Source: Thermofilaceae archaeon
GTDB taxonomy: Archaea; Thermoproteota; Thermoprotei; Thermofilales; Thermofilaceae
NCBI GenBank assembly: GCA_038861545.1
Contig: JAWCCZ010000006.1
Span: 12,079 to 76,078 of the forward strand
Reading direction: 5' to 3'
DNA: 64,000 nucleotides
The notes under the pieces were generated by a model. It had not been told where the DNA came from. It worked only from the letters and a program-made list of their open reading frames with translations, and ran no database searches. A program made the translations under genes and the position numbers. Shown here in pieces: positions 10,212-20,200 of this stretch; the stretch's first letter is position 1, and each line of letters opens with the position of its first letter.

Positions 10212-11078
10212 TTACCCTAGAATATAGGCTAGAAAGAGGACTGATACTATAAGCAGGATGGCTGAAAAAAAGGTAGGCTTATCGTTAATGATGATCTCGT
10301 GTGGATGTTCTCCTACGCCTTTCTCTAAGGCTAGAGTGTAGCGTAAGAGGAAAAATGCCATTACGGGAACTGTGGGAATAAGCCTTCGACCAAGTGGTAC
10401 CTCAGCACAGTAAACCGCGTAAGTTACGATGGTCATAGCCGTTGTCATGCTTAAAGCTTGGTCTAACCACTGGATACTGTATTCTTTTAGGCTCTCTCTT
10501 GCTTTAACACCGGATAACATGTGCTCCGCCTTTCTCTTACTGAGAGCTAAAAATAGAGCTAAGAAGAAGAAACCGGTGACGAGCCAGGGGGAGACCTCAA
10601 TTTCAAGTAGGAAAGCTCCGGAGACAACTCTTAGCAAATAGTTTAACGCGATAGCCGTGACATCTACTACTGCTATGTGTTTCAAAGCAAAGCTGTACAC
10701 ATAAGATAAAGTTATGTAAGCTGCGATGCAGAGAGCAAATACGTAGTCAAGGAAATAAGCTGTTGCTAGAGAAAATATAGCGAGGGCAGCAGATAATATA
10801 GCCGCTTCTCTGACACTTATGCGCCCAGAAGGTAAAGGCCTTTCCTTTTTCCTCGGGTGCAGCTTGTCTCGTTGAAGATCCATGATATCGTTAAATGCGT
10901 ATACGGAACTCGCTGCAGTGGAAAGAGTAAGGAAACCTATAGCTAGAAGAGGATATATACGCAAGTCTACGAGCTTAAGTGAAAAAACAGCTGGAATTGC
11001 AATCATCAAATTTTTATACCATTGCTCGATGCGAATTAAATCCAGGTACGCGCGCATTTTTTTCGAGATGACCCGCAT
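10212..11078 (-). CDS. UbiA-family prenyltransferase, decaprenyl-phosphate phosphoribosyltransferase-like
   Basis: QWYKN, YAFNDIMD...DKLHPRKKERPLPSG, YSFALKH, LLRVVSG, LSKRKAE. Confidence 0.88.
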   Translation of the reverse strand: MRVISKKMRAYLDLIRIEQWYKNLMIAIPAVFSLKLVDLRIYPLLAIGFLTLSTAASSVYAFNDIMDLQRDKLHPRKKERPLPSGRISVREAAILSAALAIFSLATAYFLDYVFALCIAAYITLSYVYSFALKHIAVVDVTAIALNYLLRVVSGAFLLEIEVSPWLVTGFFFLALFLALSKRKAEHMLSGVKARESLKEYSIQWLDQALSMTTAMTIVTYAVYCAEVPLGRRLIPTVPVMAFFLLRYTLALEKGVGEHPHEIIINDKPTFFSAILLIVSVLFLAYILG

Positions 11079-11084
11079 TCCCCT

Positions 11085-14012
11085 TCACGCTACTCTAACT
11101 AAGATAGCCGGTCTAGCCGGAAGTGCTATCTTACTAGAAGGTAACTTAACCTCTGACTCGTTTGCGACCACAACCTTGACGCCGAGTTCTCTTTCGTAAA
11201 ACACAGCTGCCGACTCCAGAGCCTTACGCTCTAACTCCGGTTTGATTAATAGTTGAATAACTTTAGGGTTCCTGACTATAGTTTCAATTAACTTACCGGC
11301 TTGCCCGCGAAGCTGTGGGTCCAGCGTATTAATTGCTATTTTGAGAGCATTTCTCAGGTCGAGACCTTTACGCATCTCTTCTGCCGCCGTTAAAAGGAAT
11401 TTGAATTTCCATTCGGCGGCGATAGCTATTAACACTTCCTTAGGTGTATCCCGGATCAGCTTTAGAACCTCTTTTATATCATCAAGCACGCTTTTCACAA
11501 TTTCTTCAGCTGTTTCCACCTCGAGTTTAATGTATTCGTTTCTAGCTTCAGGCCAATTAGCCGTACTAATAAACCCTCTCTTACCCAGCTTCTCCCATAT
11601 TTCTTCGCATATGTGAGGCACTATCGGCGCTAGCAGAAGGGTTTGCTTCTCAATAAACTCGTTTAGTAAGTCCCTATTCGGTTCACCGCACCTGCGTAGG
11701 TACCATCGGAACTGCTCTTGCAGATTAAAGAACCCTTTCACCAATGCATCTTTAAAATCTCCTTCCTCTATTTCAATCTCTACGTCTTTTATGATTCGGT
11801 GGAGAACACTTCTGAACCACTCATCAATAGGTAGCCACGTTTCCCTACCCTTACCATAGTTTTTGGTTGCGTACTCGTACCAGCCTATTAGGAGATCTAC
11901 GGCTCGATCAGCTACTTCCGGCTCGAAGTTTGCATCATCGAGGCTTGAGTTACCTGCGTAAGCTTCTGCGAACCGTGTAGCGTCAGCACCCCACCATTCT
12001 AAAGCTTCTCTAAGTAGGATGAAGTTGCCGGCAGATTTCGACATTTTCTCACCAGCTACAGTAACCCAGCCGTTTACCCCAATACCTCGCGGCCACATTT
12101 CTGGCGGGAATATTGCCACATGGTGGAATATGAAAAATATAAGGTGGTTTGGTAATAGATCCTTTCCAGACATCCTCATGTCTACGGGGTACCAGTAAAG
12201 GAACTCATCTCTAATCTTCTTCAGCAGGTCTTCAGCGATTCCAATCTTAGCTGCCACTTTCCCCGGATCGCCTTGACCGAAAAATACGTAGTCAAAGAAA
12301 GAATCTTCAATCCTGTCTAATCGAATGCCGTATTCTTCTGGATGCTGAAGGTACTTAGCCAGAACATAATACGCCATGTAGAGTGTTGAGTCACTCAGTG
12401 ATTCGAGTACCCATTCAGGATCCCAGGGAAGCGGGGTTCCTAATTCTCCTCGGTGTGTGCAAGCCCAGTCGTCGTACCAATCAACTTGGCTGTGAAGATA
12501 ACTTTTGATGGAGTCGGGTAGCAAGTTCATCCTATTGATGCAGTCATGAGCTAGTTTCTTCCATTGAGGGTCACTATACTTTAGGAACCACTGGTCCTCA
12601 ACTCTTTTAACATGTGTTCTAGCACCGCAGCGGCAATATACAGGCTGGGGTAGCGTGTAATGCCTTACAGCTGCACCGATCGATACTAACCAGTCAATAA
12701 CCTCTTCCTTTACCTCGGCTACTGTTTTACCAGCCCACTTACCGAACATTTCCTTCAGAACACCTTGGTAGTACTCCTTAGAGTAGATTTCACGGGTAGC
12801 TTCTTCAAGCTTCTCGCGATCAAACTGGTTCGAAACACCTAAACGTTCAACCACGGTTTTCGCTGGAATATTTCCATACCCCTCTAGTAATATAATGCTG
12901 ACGGGCTGCACGTTATTAACTAGCTTAGGATCTACCCTGACTTGCGAAGGTAATCCCCGCTTAAGGTCCTCGAGCGCCACGTAATCAAATGGAGCATGGG
13001 CTGGAACGGACATCACTACTCCTGTACCAATGTCGGGTTCGACGAAGAACGCTGGTAAAACTGGCAAACACCAACCGGTAACCGGATTAATAACTTCTCG
13101 CCCGATTAGCTCTGAACCCATAACCTTATCGATTATAGCTACACTATGTCCTTGGTCCCGCAACTCATGGAATCCATAGCTCCCAAGCACCCAGCGTTCC
13201 CCATCAACTTCGGCTACAAGGTATTCGGAATCGGGCTTCACCCATATGTTTACAGCCCCGTATACGGTTTCTGGTCTATAGGTAAGGCATGGGTAAACGA
13301 ACCCATCTTCTCCCTTGAATTTTACTATAATCACTTTTTCGGGTCCTATACCAGCATACTCATCAGGTCTATCATGGTCTCCGACTACTTTCTCTTCTTT
13401 CGGGCACCAAACAACTGGGTGGATACCCTTGGCAATTAACCCTTTTTTAAGTAGTTGCCTATACTGCCATTGCACGAACTTACTGTAGGGCGGGTTAAGG
13501 TAGGTGGTGTGAAATTCTCTCCTCCAGTCGATCGATAAGCCATATTTTTCGAAGTCTATTTTCCACTCTTTACAGAAGAAGTGTACCCAATGTTCTGGGT
13601 TCGCGAACTTCGGTATCTCACTCTCAGGAATGCCCATAGACTTAAGTATGGAGATCTGCTTTCCATCTCCCTCCCTGATTCTCAGTGCTGCCGCGACTAT
13701 CGGACTCCCAGTGGCATGCCATCCTTGGGGAAAAAGCACGTTGAAACCTTTCATCCTCTTGTAGCGGGCCATAATATCATTCCTTAGCACGGTATACGCG
13801 CTTCCTAAGTGGGGATAAGCGTTAACGTAGGGGTAGGGGAAAGTTATGAAGAACTTTTGGTGTTTGGGATCAGGTTCAGGTTCAAAAAGCTTTGCCTCTT
13901 TCCACTTCCTCTGCCACTTTTCCTCTATCGACCTGAAGAACTGTACGCGCTCCTTTTCCGCGCGCGGCTTAATTGATCTTCCTTCTGAGGATTGAGCAAT
14001 AAATCTCCCCAC
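11085..14012 (-). CDS. leuS: Leucine--tRNA ligase (archaeal type)
   Basis: PYPYVNAYPHLGS (HIGH variant), GTGVVMSVPAHAPFDY editing domain, SGKDL, KMSKS. Confidence 0.97.
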   Translation of the reverse strand: MGRFIAQSSEGRSIKPRAEKERVQFFRSIEEKWQRKWKEAKLFEPEPDPKHQKFFITFPYPYVNAYPHLGSAYTVLRNDIMARYKRMKGFNVLFPQGWHATGSPIVAAALRIREGDGKQISILKSMGIPESEIPKFANPEHWVHFFCKEWKIDFEKYGLSIDWRREFHTTYLNPPYSKFVQWQYRQLLKKGLIAKGIHPVVWCPKEEKVVGDHDRPDEYAGIGPEKVIIVKFKGEDGFVYPCLTYRPETVYGAVNIWVKPDSEYLVAEVDGERWVLGSYGFHELRDQGHSVAIIDKVMGSELIGREVINPVTGWCLPVLPAFFVEPDIGTGVVMSVPAHAPFDYVALEDLKRGLPSQVRVDPKLVNNVQPVSIILLEGYGNIPAKTVVERLGVSNQFDREKLEEATREIYSKEYYQGVLKEMFGKWAGKTVAEVKEEVIDWLVSIGAAVRHYTLPQPVYCRCGARTHVKRVEDQWFLKYSDPQWKKLAHDCINRMNLLPDSIKSYLHSQVDWYDDWACTHRGELGTPLPWDPEWVLESLSDSTLYMAYYVLAKYLQHPEEYGIRLDRIEDSFFDYVFFGQGDPGKVAAKIGIAEDLLKKIRDEFLYWYPVDMRMSGKDLLPNHLIFFIFHHVAIFPPEMWPRGIGVNGWVTVAGEKMSKSAGNFILLREALEWWGADATRFAEAYAGNSSLDDANFEPEVADRAVDLLIGWYEYATKNYGKGRETWLPIDEWFRSVLHRIIKDVEIEIEEGDFKDALVKGFFNLQEQFRWYLRRCGEPNRDLLNEFIEKQTLLLAPIVPHICEEIWEKLGKRGFISTANWPEARNEYIKLEVETAEEIVKSVLDDIKEVLKLIRDTPKEVLIAIAAEWKFKFLLTAAEEMRKGLDLRNALKIAINTLDPQLRGQAGKLIETIVRNPKVIQLLIKPELERKALESAAVFYERELGVKVVVANESEVKLPSSKIALPARPAILVRVA

Positions 14013-14035
14013 GCACCCCTTAAGGACGCTTTCGT

Positions 14036-15130
14036 TTAAACTTTTTCTAAACTTTTGCTAGCTTTGCGAGCAGCCTTGTAGACGGCTAGTATATTTTCCA
14101 GAGGCGTGCCAGGTTGAATGTCATGAGTAGGGGAAAGGACGAAGCCTGTGGGTCCGAGCAGATTAAGCCTCTCCAACACGAGTTTCTCTATTTCGTTAGA
14201 GTTACTGAATAGAAGAGTTGTCTGGACGCTCATCGTCCCATGCAATGTTAGCAAATCGCCATATGTTTTCTTCAGCTTGTAAGGGTCCATACATTCTGGC
14301 TGTACGGGATCCAGAATATCAACATGAATTTCGATTAGGTCTGGGATTATTGGTTCAATCCATCCATCGCTATGGAACATAAAGTATGCTCCGCGCTTGT
14401 GGCAAAGATCGACTAGCTCGACGTATTTCGGTTTCAAGAATAGTCTCCACTTTTCAGGCGATATCATCATGCCTTTTTGCATGCCTACATCGTCTCCATC
14501 GTAGATCACGTCTACGCCGGCGTCGCACAACACTTTAGCCTCTACCATTCTGATTCTGTGAAGATGGTTTAGTATTTTTTCGAAGGTTACGGGATCCCTG
14601 TACATCATCTTCATTGCCTCGTTGAAGCCGGTAAGTTGCCAGGCATTTTCCCATAAATGTTCAACCCCCGCTACGAGGCAGTAGTCTGCATGAAGTTTTC
14701 TAGCACGCGAAGCTACCTCGAACGTTGCTTCTTCATCGACGTATGGCCAGTTATACTCCTCTACTGAGATGTGTTGGAGCGGATGCCTAAGGTAAGTGTA
14801 TGTATAAGTATGATCCGGAGCCCAGATGGTTTCCACTCCCCAAATGTTGGCCCGAAGCTCGTACTCTCCTATACGGCCGAGGGCATATGTGGGCCCGTAT
14901 ACCCACTCGCTAGCCAGCTTTACATACTTGGGTGGAGCGAGACCACCAGCCAATATTGGTCCAGTACTTCGGAAATCTATGTCTAAAGCTCTTAATAATT
15001 GCTCGTAGTCTTTAACTTGTAAAGCTTCCATTAATGAGTTAAGCGGCTCTGGTCTACACTTGAAGTTTAATGGTACCCGGTCAAGCTGCTCATGCTCAAA
15101 ACATCTTATACATCTTTCCCTCGAGTTCAC
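14036..15130 (-). CDS. Uroporphyrinogen decarboxylase (URO-D/MtaA-CmuA) superfamily protein
   Basis: NSRER...DRVP start, GDDVG.Q, MISP, FHSDG, PVQPECMD, SPTHDIQ. Start moved to GTG 15130, which removes the overlap with thg1. Confidence 0.88.
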   Translation of the reverse strand: MNSRERCIRCFEHEQLDRVPLNFKCRPEPLNSLMEALQVKDYEQLLRALDIDFRSTGPILAGGLAPPKYVKLASEWVYGPTYALGRIGEYELRANIWGVETIWAPDHTYTYTYLRHPLQHISVEEYNWPYVDEEATFEVASRARKLHADYCLVAGVEHLWENAWQLTGFNEAMKMMYRDPVTFEKILNHLHRIRMVEAKVLCDAGVDVIYDGDDVGMQKGMMISPEKWRLFLKPKYVELVDLCHKRGAYFMFHSDGWIEPIIPDLIEIHVDILDPVQPECMDPYKLKKTYGDLLTLHGTMSVQTTLLFSNSNEIEKLVLERLNLLGPTGFVLSPTHDIQPGTPLENILAVYKAARKASKSLEKV

Positions 15131-15182
15131 GGTCGTTCCACGGGCGCCCGGATCTAAGCTTTGCGCGTGTTCTAGTGTAAGC

Positions 15183-15896
15183 TCACTTATAGAGCTCCGG
15201 TGCCCTGTAAGCTTCAATAGCTTCAAGGAGAACCCAGGGCCCATCGTTCCAGTCGAGTGATCTAATGCCTCTTTTAGCTACCCAGTAAAGGCTTGTACCA
15301 CCCCACTCCCAAAGCGGGTGGTCAATAACCCGCACTCCATTCTCCTCGAGTAGCCTGACCTGCTGGCGAAGGTTTGTATTCTCCCTAGGTTTAACGTTAA
15401 GTAGTTTTAACGAACGCCCAACAAAGTTGTTGAAAGCGATTCGAGCCCGATACAATATGTATCGCTTGGCATCATCGATATCTATCAAGGGTACTACCCT
15501 AGCGTCGAAAAATAGGCGTCTTCCAATAACTTCGGAAGCGTTAACGGAAAGGATGGATGCTGAAATGCTCACGACTTTTTGCACCCGACCAGCGTAGGGT
15601 AGCGAGGGGCCTAAGAACAGGATGTTAACTTCATCGCTAACGGTGTACGCACAGCTAGCGGAAAGCCTATTGACAACTTGAGAGGTCCCGGCTATAAGGG
15701 CTTCATGAACTCTTCTATCTCTCGGTTCCTGAAACCCTGACAACACTTTGCTAAACCCGACACCATCTAAACGGATAGCGAATGGCAGCCTAAGTCTGGC
15801 ATCTAACTTCTGTTCACGTTCCCTGTAGTCACCCTCTAACTCATTTACCTGTAGCTGCAGAAGTTGTTCTAAAGCTTCTTCCAATTGGAATGCCAT
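15183..15896 (-). CDS. thg1: tRNA(His) guanylyltransferase Thg1-like protein (3'-5' polymerase family)
   Basis: IRLDGVGFS, YTVSDEVNI, GRVQK, FDARV. Confidence 0.9.
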   Translation of the reverse strand: MAFQLEEALEQLLQLQVNELEGDYREREQKLDARLRLPFAIRLDGVGFSKVLSGFQEPRDRRVHEALIAGTSQVVNRLSASCAYTVSDEVNILFLGPSLPYAGRVQKVVSISASILSVNASEVIGRRLFFDARVVPLIDIDDAKRYILYRARIAFNNFVGRSLKLLNVKPRENTNLRQQVRLLEENGVRVIDHPLWEWGGTSLYWVAKRGIRSLDWNDGPWVLLEAIEAYRAPELYK

Positions 15897-15941
15897 AACT
15901 GTCCCCGGTAACCCATTTTTACCTCTTTACAGGTTTTATCT

Positions 15942-16952
15942 TTGATGGAGGGACTAGGGGTAGCGATTATCGGTTGTGGTTTCATTGGCGACGTACACTT
16001 TAAGGCATGGAGCAAAGTTAAAGGTGCCCGGATCACGGCCGCCGTCGATTTAATCGGAGGTAGAGCAAAAAAAGCCGCTGAAACTTATGGAGCATCGCAT
16101 TGGTTCACAGATTACACTAAAGTACTAGAGATGAAGGAAGTCGATATTATAGATGTGTGCACTCCAACGTATACTCACGCCGAGATTGTTGTGAACGCGG
16201 CTAAGAGTGGAAAGCATATCCTCTGTGAGAAGCCAATCGCGCTCCGCCTTAGTGATTCAGATGATATGATCAAAGCAGCCCGAAAAGCTGGGGTGAAGCT
16301 CATGGTAGCCCACTGCCTTAGGTTCTGGCCTGAGTACGTTGAAACTAAACGCCTAGTTGAAGGTGAGGCGATAGGAGAGCCGAGAATCGCCAGGGCTTAC
16401 AGGCTTTCCTCTTTCCCGGAGTGGGCGCCGTGGCATAAAGATCGCAGGCTCAGCGGGGGCGTCTTCGTCGACATGAGTATTCATGATGTTGATTTCCTCC
16501 GCTGGGTGATAGGCGAGGTAAAGGAGGTGTTCGCTAGAGGTGGAACCCTGAAGACTGCAGACTCTACATCCCATGACTTTACGCACGCAATTCTCAGATT
16601 CAAAAATGAGACGATCGCATACGTAGAGGGGTCATGGATGCAACCGGCAGCTTTTCCGTTTACCACCTACTTGGAGATTGTGGGGACCCACGGCATGCTT
16701 ACTGTTGACAACCAATCAACAGCGGCTTTAAAAGTGTACAGGTCCAGTGGATCACCAGCCGCGTATATTCCCTTTGAAGAGAACGCCTACGACAAGGAAG
16801 TGAAGCACTTCTACGAGTGTGTAGTAAAGGATCTTGAACCCGCTGTGCCAGGCGAAGAGGCTAGGAAAACCCTTGAGGTAACTTTAGCTGCTGTCAAATC
16901 AGTAGATGAGGGCAAGCCGATCAAGCTACCCTTGGAGGGTGAGGTACTATGA
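15942..16952 (+). CDS. Gfo/Idh/MocA family NAD(P)-dependent oxidoreductase
   Basis: IIGCGFIG, CEKP, GGVFVDMSIHDVD. Confidence 0.93.
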   Translation: MMEGLGVAIIGCGFIGDVHFKAWSKVKGARITAAVDLIGGRAKKAAETYGASHWFTDYTKVLEMKEVDIIDVCTPTYTHAEIVVNAAKSGKHILCEKPIALRLSDSDDMIKAARKAGVKLMVAHCLRFWPEYVETKRLVEGEAIGEPRIARAYRLSSFPEWAPWHKDRRLSGGVFVDMSIHDVDFLRWVIGEVKEVFARGGTLKTADSTSHDFTHAILRFKNETIAYVEGSWMQPAAFPFTTYLEIVGTHGMLTVDNQSTAALKVYRSSGSPAAYIPFEENAYDKEVKHFYECVVKDLEPAVPGEEARKTLEVTLAAVKSVDEGKPIKLPLEGEVL

Positions 16953-17965
16953 GGAAGCTGAAGTTCGCAATTCTCTCATTCGCACACGTTCACGCATGGA
17001 GCTACGCTAGAGTACTGAAAAGCCTGGAGGAAGCTGAACTCGTCGCAATCTATGATGACGATCCAGAAAGGCTAAAGAGAGCGGCGGAGACTTACAGGGT
17101 AAAGGATCTCTACAGCGACTACCAACGGCTCCTGAAGCGGGAAGATATAGATGCAGTAATTATTGCTTCTGAGAATGCTAAGCATGCTGAGTTAGCGATA
17201 GCCGCAGCGGAGGCTGGGAAACATATGATTGTCGAGAAACCACTGGCCACGACGCTTAAGGATGCGGAAAGAATGATTAGAGCAGCTGAGAAAGCAGGGG
17301 TGAAGCTGCAGCAGGCCTTCGTGATGAGGTACCACGACGTCACGGTTATGGTGAAGAATATAATAGAACAGGGTGCAGTGGGTAGAATCTTAGCTATAAC
17401 GACGACTAACCACGGCAAGTTCCCGGATCTCTGGTTCGATGACCCCAAGCTTGCTGGTGGAGGGGCGGTAATGGATCATGTAGTCCATACCGCTGATCTA
17501 ATACGCTGGTACACAGGAAAGGAGGTTGATGAAGTGTACGCTGTCATCGGGAGGAATATCAGACCTCAGCTGAGGTCTGAAGATTGCGCGCTGATTTCAC
17601 TGAAGTTCGAGAGCGGCGCGATAGGGAGCATTGACTGCAGCTGGTCGCGGCCAGATACATTCTACACATGGGGTGACGTGTTTCTCGCTATCCATGGAAC
17701 TGATGGTTTCATCTTTGTAGACGCCTTCAGACCCTGCATTAATGTAGTAATCGAGGGTAAACCGCTTGCATGGCACTACTATGGTCCCGATGCCGACTAC
17801 AACATGATTAGAGACTTCGTTTATGCTGTTCAGGAAGATCGACCGCCGAGAGCAACAGGATACGACGGGTATAAAGCGCTCGAAGTTTCAATCGCAGCTT
17901 ATGAATCAGCCCGCAAGGGTTTGCCGGTGAAACTACCTTTACAGAATAGCAAAGCGAGCGGCTAG
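16949..17965 (+). CDS. Gfo/Idh/MocA family oxidoreductase with an atypical nucleotide-binding loop
   Basis: ILSFAHVHA, VEKP, GGAVMDHVVHTAD; ATGA overlap with the upstream paralog. Confidence 0.92.
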   Translation: MRKLKFAILSFAHVHAWSYARVLKSLEEAELVAIYDDDPERLKRAAETYRVKDLYSDYQRLLKREDIDAVIIASENAKHAELAIAAAEAGKHMIVEKPLATTLKDAERMIRAAEKAGVKLQQAFVMRYHDVTVMVKNIIEQGAVGRILAITTTNHGKFPDLWFDDPKLAGGGAVMDHVVHTADLIRWYTGKEVDEVYAVIGRNIRPQLRSEDCALISLKFESGAIGSIDCSWSRPDTFYTWGDVFLAIHGTDGFIFVDAFRPCINVVIEGKPLAWHYYGPDADYNMIRDFVYAVQEDRPPRATGYDGYKALEVSIAAYESARKGLPVKLPLQNSKASG

Positions 17966-18084
17966 ACATAGAAGATAAAGGCTGTCATAATGTTTACTAC
18001 CTTCTACTTCGTTATTAAAGTTGAGCTAGTGGCTTCTCTTTTATAAAACCAGGTCCTAAACGCCTCATACCAGAGATTACATTT

Positions 18085-18496
18085 TCTTTCCTCGGGGCTC
18101 TCATTATCCCTAGTTTAGCAGCTTGTATCCTAGGCCTTATTATCGTAGGAAGCTAGGGGTAGTTCCCCGCGCGCTGCTACCGCTAGAATTATTTTGTCGT
18201 TAAAGTGTGAAAGGGAAAGTTCTTTTTCGACAAGTGTGTTGAGCGCCTACTTTACATCATTTATCTCCTTCATAATAAGAAGGTTTTTCATCAGTCATGT
18301 ATCCGAACACTTTCTCGTATACTATCCTAGTATCGACGAATAGGCCTTTTAGGAACTCTACATACTTAAAAACCACAATCATGGGGATAAGCCAGCGATT
18401 GAGCATATCTAGCAGGCTAACGGTGTTCCTGTGGTATAATGAGTCCTTGAAGGTATCGTAAATTAACATGATTGTATCGATTACAGCTTCATGCAA
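18085..18496 (-). pseudogene. vapC: PIN-domain (VapC-type) toxin pseudogene; end approximate
   Basis: AVIDT.MLIYD start; after a frameshift and a TAG at 18247-18249 it continues FNDKIILAVA...LPLASYD; a second frameshift gives RIQAAKLGI. Confidence 0.8.
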
Positions 18497-18716
18497 GTGC
18501 TTCGCCTAACCCTTTAACTATTAACACTTTAATCTCATCTCGGGTGAGCATTCTACCAGTTGTTAGCTTCTTCCTATCTCTCTTGATTTTTCCATAATGA
18601 TTCTCCCGCTCTCATTTAGGTATACTTCCAAGTAATCTCCAACTTGAATACCAACGCTATCACGGACATCCTTTAGAAGTGTAACTTAATAACTTATAGT
18701 AACTTTAACGCTCCAT
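18489..18716 (-). pseudogene. vapB: AbrB/MazE-type antitoxin pseudogene
   Basis: VKVTISY*VTLLKDVRDSVGIQVGDYLEVYL...RIIMEK with TAA at 18686-18688 and frameshifts; its stop overlaps the toxin start. Confidence 0.78.
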
Positions 18717-18830
18717 TAGTATGAATTAACCTCTACTTTTTTTAGTTTTCTCGGTAATTTTTCTCTGAAGCGTAAACTGCACGCAAAACTAAATTCTAAG
18801 AGTACAAAAAGAGGTGCTCTTATCCTTAAA

Positions 18831-20087
18831 TTACCAATGGTCTATCAGCCATATATGCATCAGTTTAGGGGGAAACAATTCTTTAAGTAGGCGCAGGATC
18901 CTTTTAGCAGGCACATCAGCCTTCACGATAGAGTTCAGTAGGAGCTTCTCTGCGCTTGAACAACCAAAGAGGAATTTATTGAAAGTTTCCGGATCTAGGT
19001 CCACTACTGCACCCACAGAGTTCCCGCCCTTTTCTGCTTCTCCCTCTTTCACTGATATAGTAACAGACTCACTACGGTACTTTAGTTTAAGTGTTAGCCC
19101 ATCCAGAAAGGCAGTTTTACATGTAAATATGTTTTCAAGAACTGCCTTGAAGTTTAAAATTTCACACATGAATACTCCGCCGCCTCCCTGTGCGCGGAAA
19201 CGACTGAATAATCGGGCGTAATCGGCTCCCGGGATTTTTGGGGCACGTATGTATCGCGCCCCCTCTTCAGATGCACGTTTCACGATATATGTGTAAAGTG
19301 CTTGAAGCGCATCGGTTCGCCCTGGTAAAGCTATTAGTTCTGCTATACCAAAGCCTTCGGGATCCCATGGTACTTTAGCTGCCACAGCGTAGCCAATTAC
19401 TTCATCCCCCTCTTCCGCTACGGCAAAATTTCTTGGACTGCGCGGCAGGTAAAAGAAGCTATGGTATGCGGTACGTGCAAACATTTTCTCTCTGTACTCA
19501 GACTCAGATCTTATAGGCCACCCGGTGTAGAGGCTACCCGAAGTCTCATACACTTTTCTTACATGTTCGACGTCACGCTCTTCTGCTTCCCTCACCTCGA
19601 TCCAACGAACTTCTCGCATGTTTTCTTGAGCGTCCCAGATAGGGGCGATCCACCAACTGTCGAGACAGATATCAACATAACCTAATCTCCTATAGATCCT
19701 TTGTGGACTGCTTGCATAGCCTGTGAACAGAGCTGTAAGCGGGAATCCCTTTTGCTTGTAATCCTCCATCACATAGCTTAATAGTCTGGATGCGTAACCC
19801 TTACCTCTATACTCAGGATCTGTTGATACATTAGCTATTCCAGCTGTCTTCAAAATCCCAGCAGATGTACGCAGCCTTTTCTCGACTACTTGAACGTGAG
19901 AAATCGGTTTTCCATCGATTTCGAGTAGATAAGCCCCTTCAAGCTTAAACCCCTCATTTAACTTAGCCAGTTCTAGCCATTTAGAGCTATCGAGCCCGTA
20001 ACTGTTATATGTTCCGAAACACTTCCTAAGGAGATTAGCTATAGTTTCTTCATCACCAGGCCTGTAGGTTCTAATACTCTCTGTCAC
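18831..20087 (-). CDS. Eis-like tandem GNAT acetyltransferase with a C-terminal SCP2-like domain
   Basis: GIANVSTDPEYRGKGYAS, IYRRLGY, second GNAT fold, about 420-aa Eis architecture. Confidence 0.85.
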   Translation of the reverse strand: MTESIRTYRPGDEETIANLLRKCFGTYNSYGLDSSKWLELAKLNEGFKLEGAYLLEIDGKPISHVQVVEKRLRTSAGILKTAGIANVSTDPEYRGKGYASRLLSYVMEDYKQKGFPLTALFTGYASSPQRIYRRLGYVDICLDSWWIAPIWDAQENMREVRWIEVREAEERDVEHVRKVYETSGSLYTGWPIRSESEYREKMFARTAYHSFFYLPRSPRNFAVAEEGDEVIGYAVAAKVPWDPEGFGIAELIALPGRTDALQALYTYIVKRASEEGARYIRAPKIPGADYARLFSRFRAQGGGGVFMCEILNFKAVLENIFTCKTAFLDGLTLKLKYRSESVTISVKEGEAEKGGNSVGAVVDLDPETFNKFLFGCSSAEKLLLNSIVKADVPAKRILRLLKELFPPKLMHIWLIDHW

Positions 20088-20174
20088 GAATTTTTTAAAA
20101 ATATCCTAGTAATTATTACTACCGACGCTTAAATCATGACGCGTAGTGGAAGGGCGCGTAAGCTGCTGGGAAGG

Positions 20175-20180
20175 TTTAAA
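20175..20180 (+). promoter_or_regulatory. TATA box of the C/D sRNA
   Basis: GAAGG-TTTAAA about 21 nt upstream of the predicted sRNA 5' end. Confidence 0.6.
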
Positions 20181-20200
20181 GGGCTACCAGCTACTTTACC

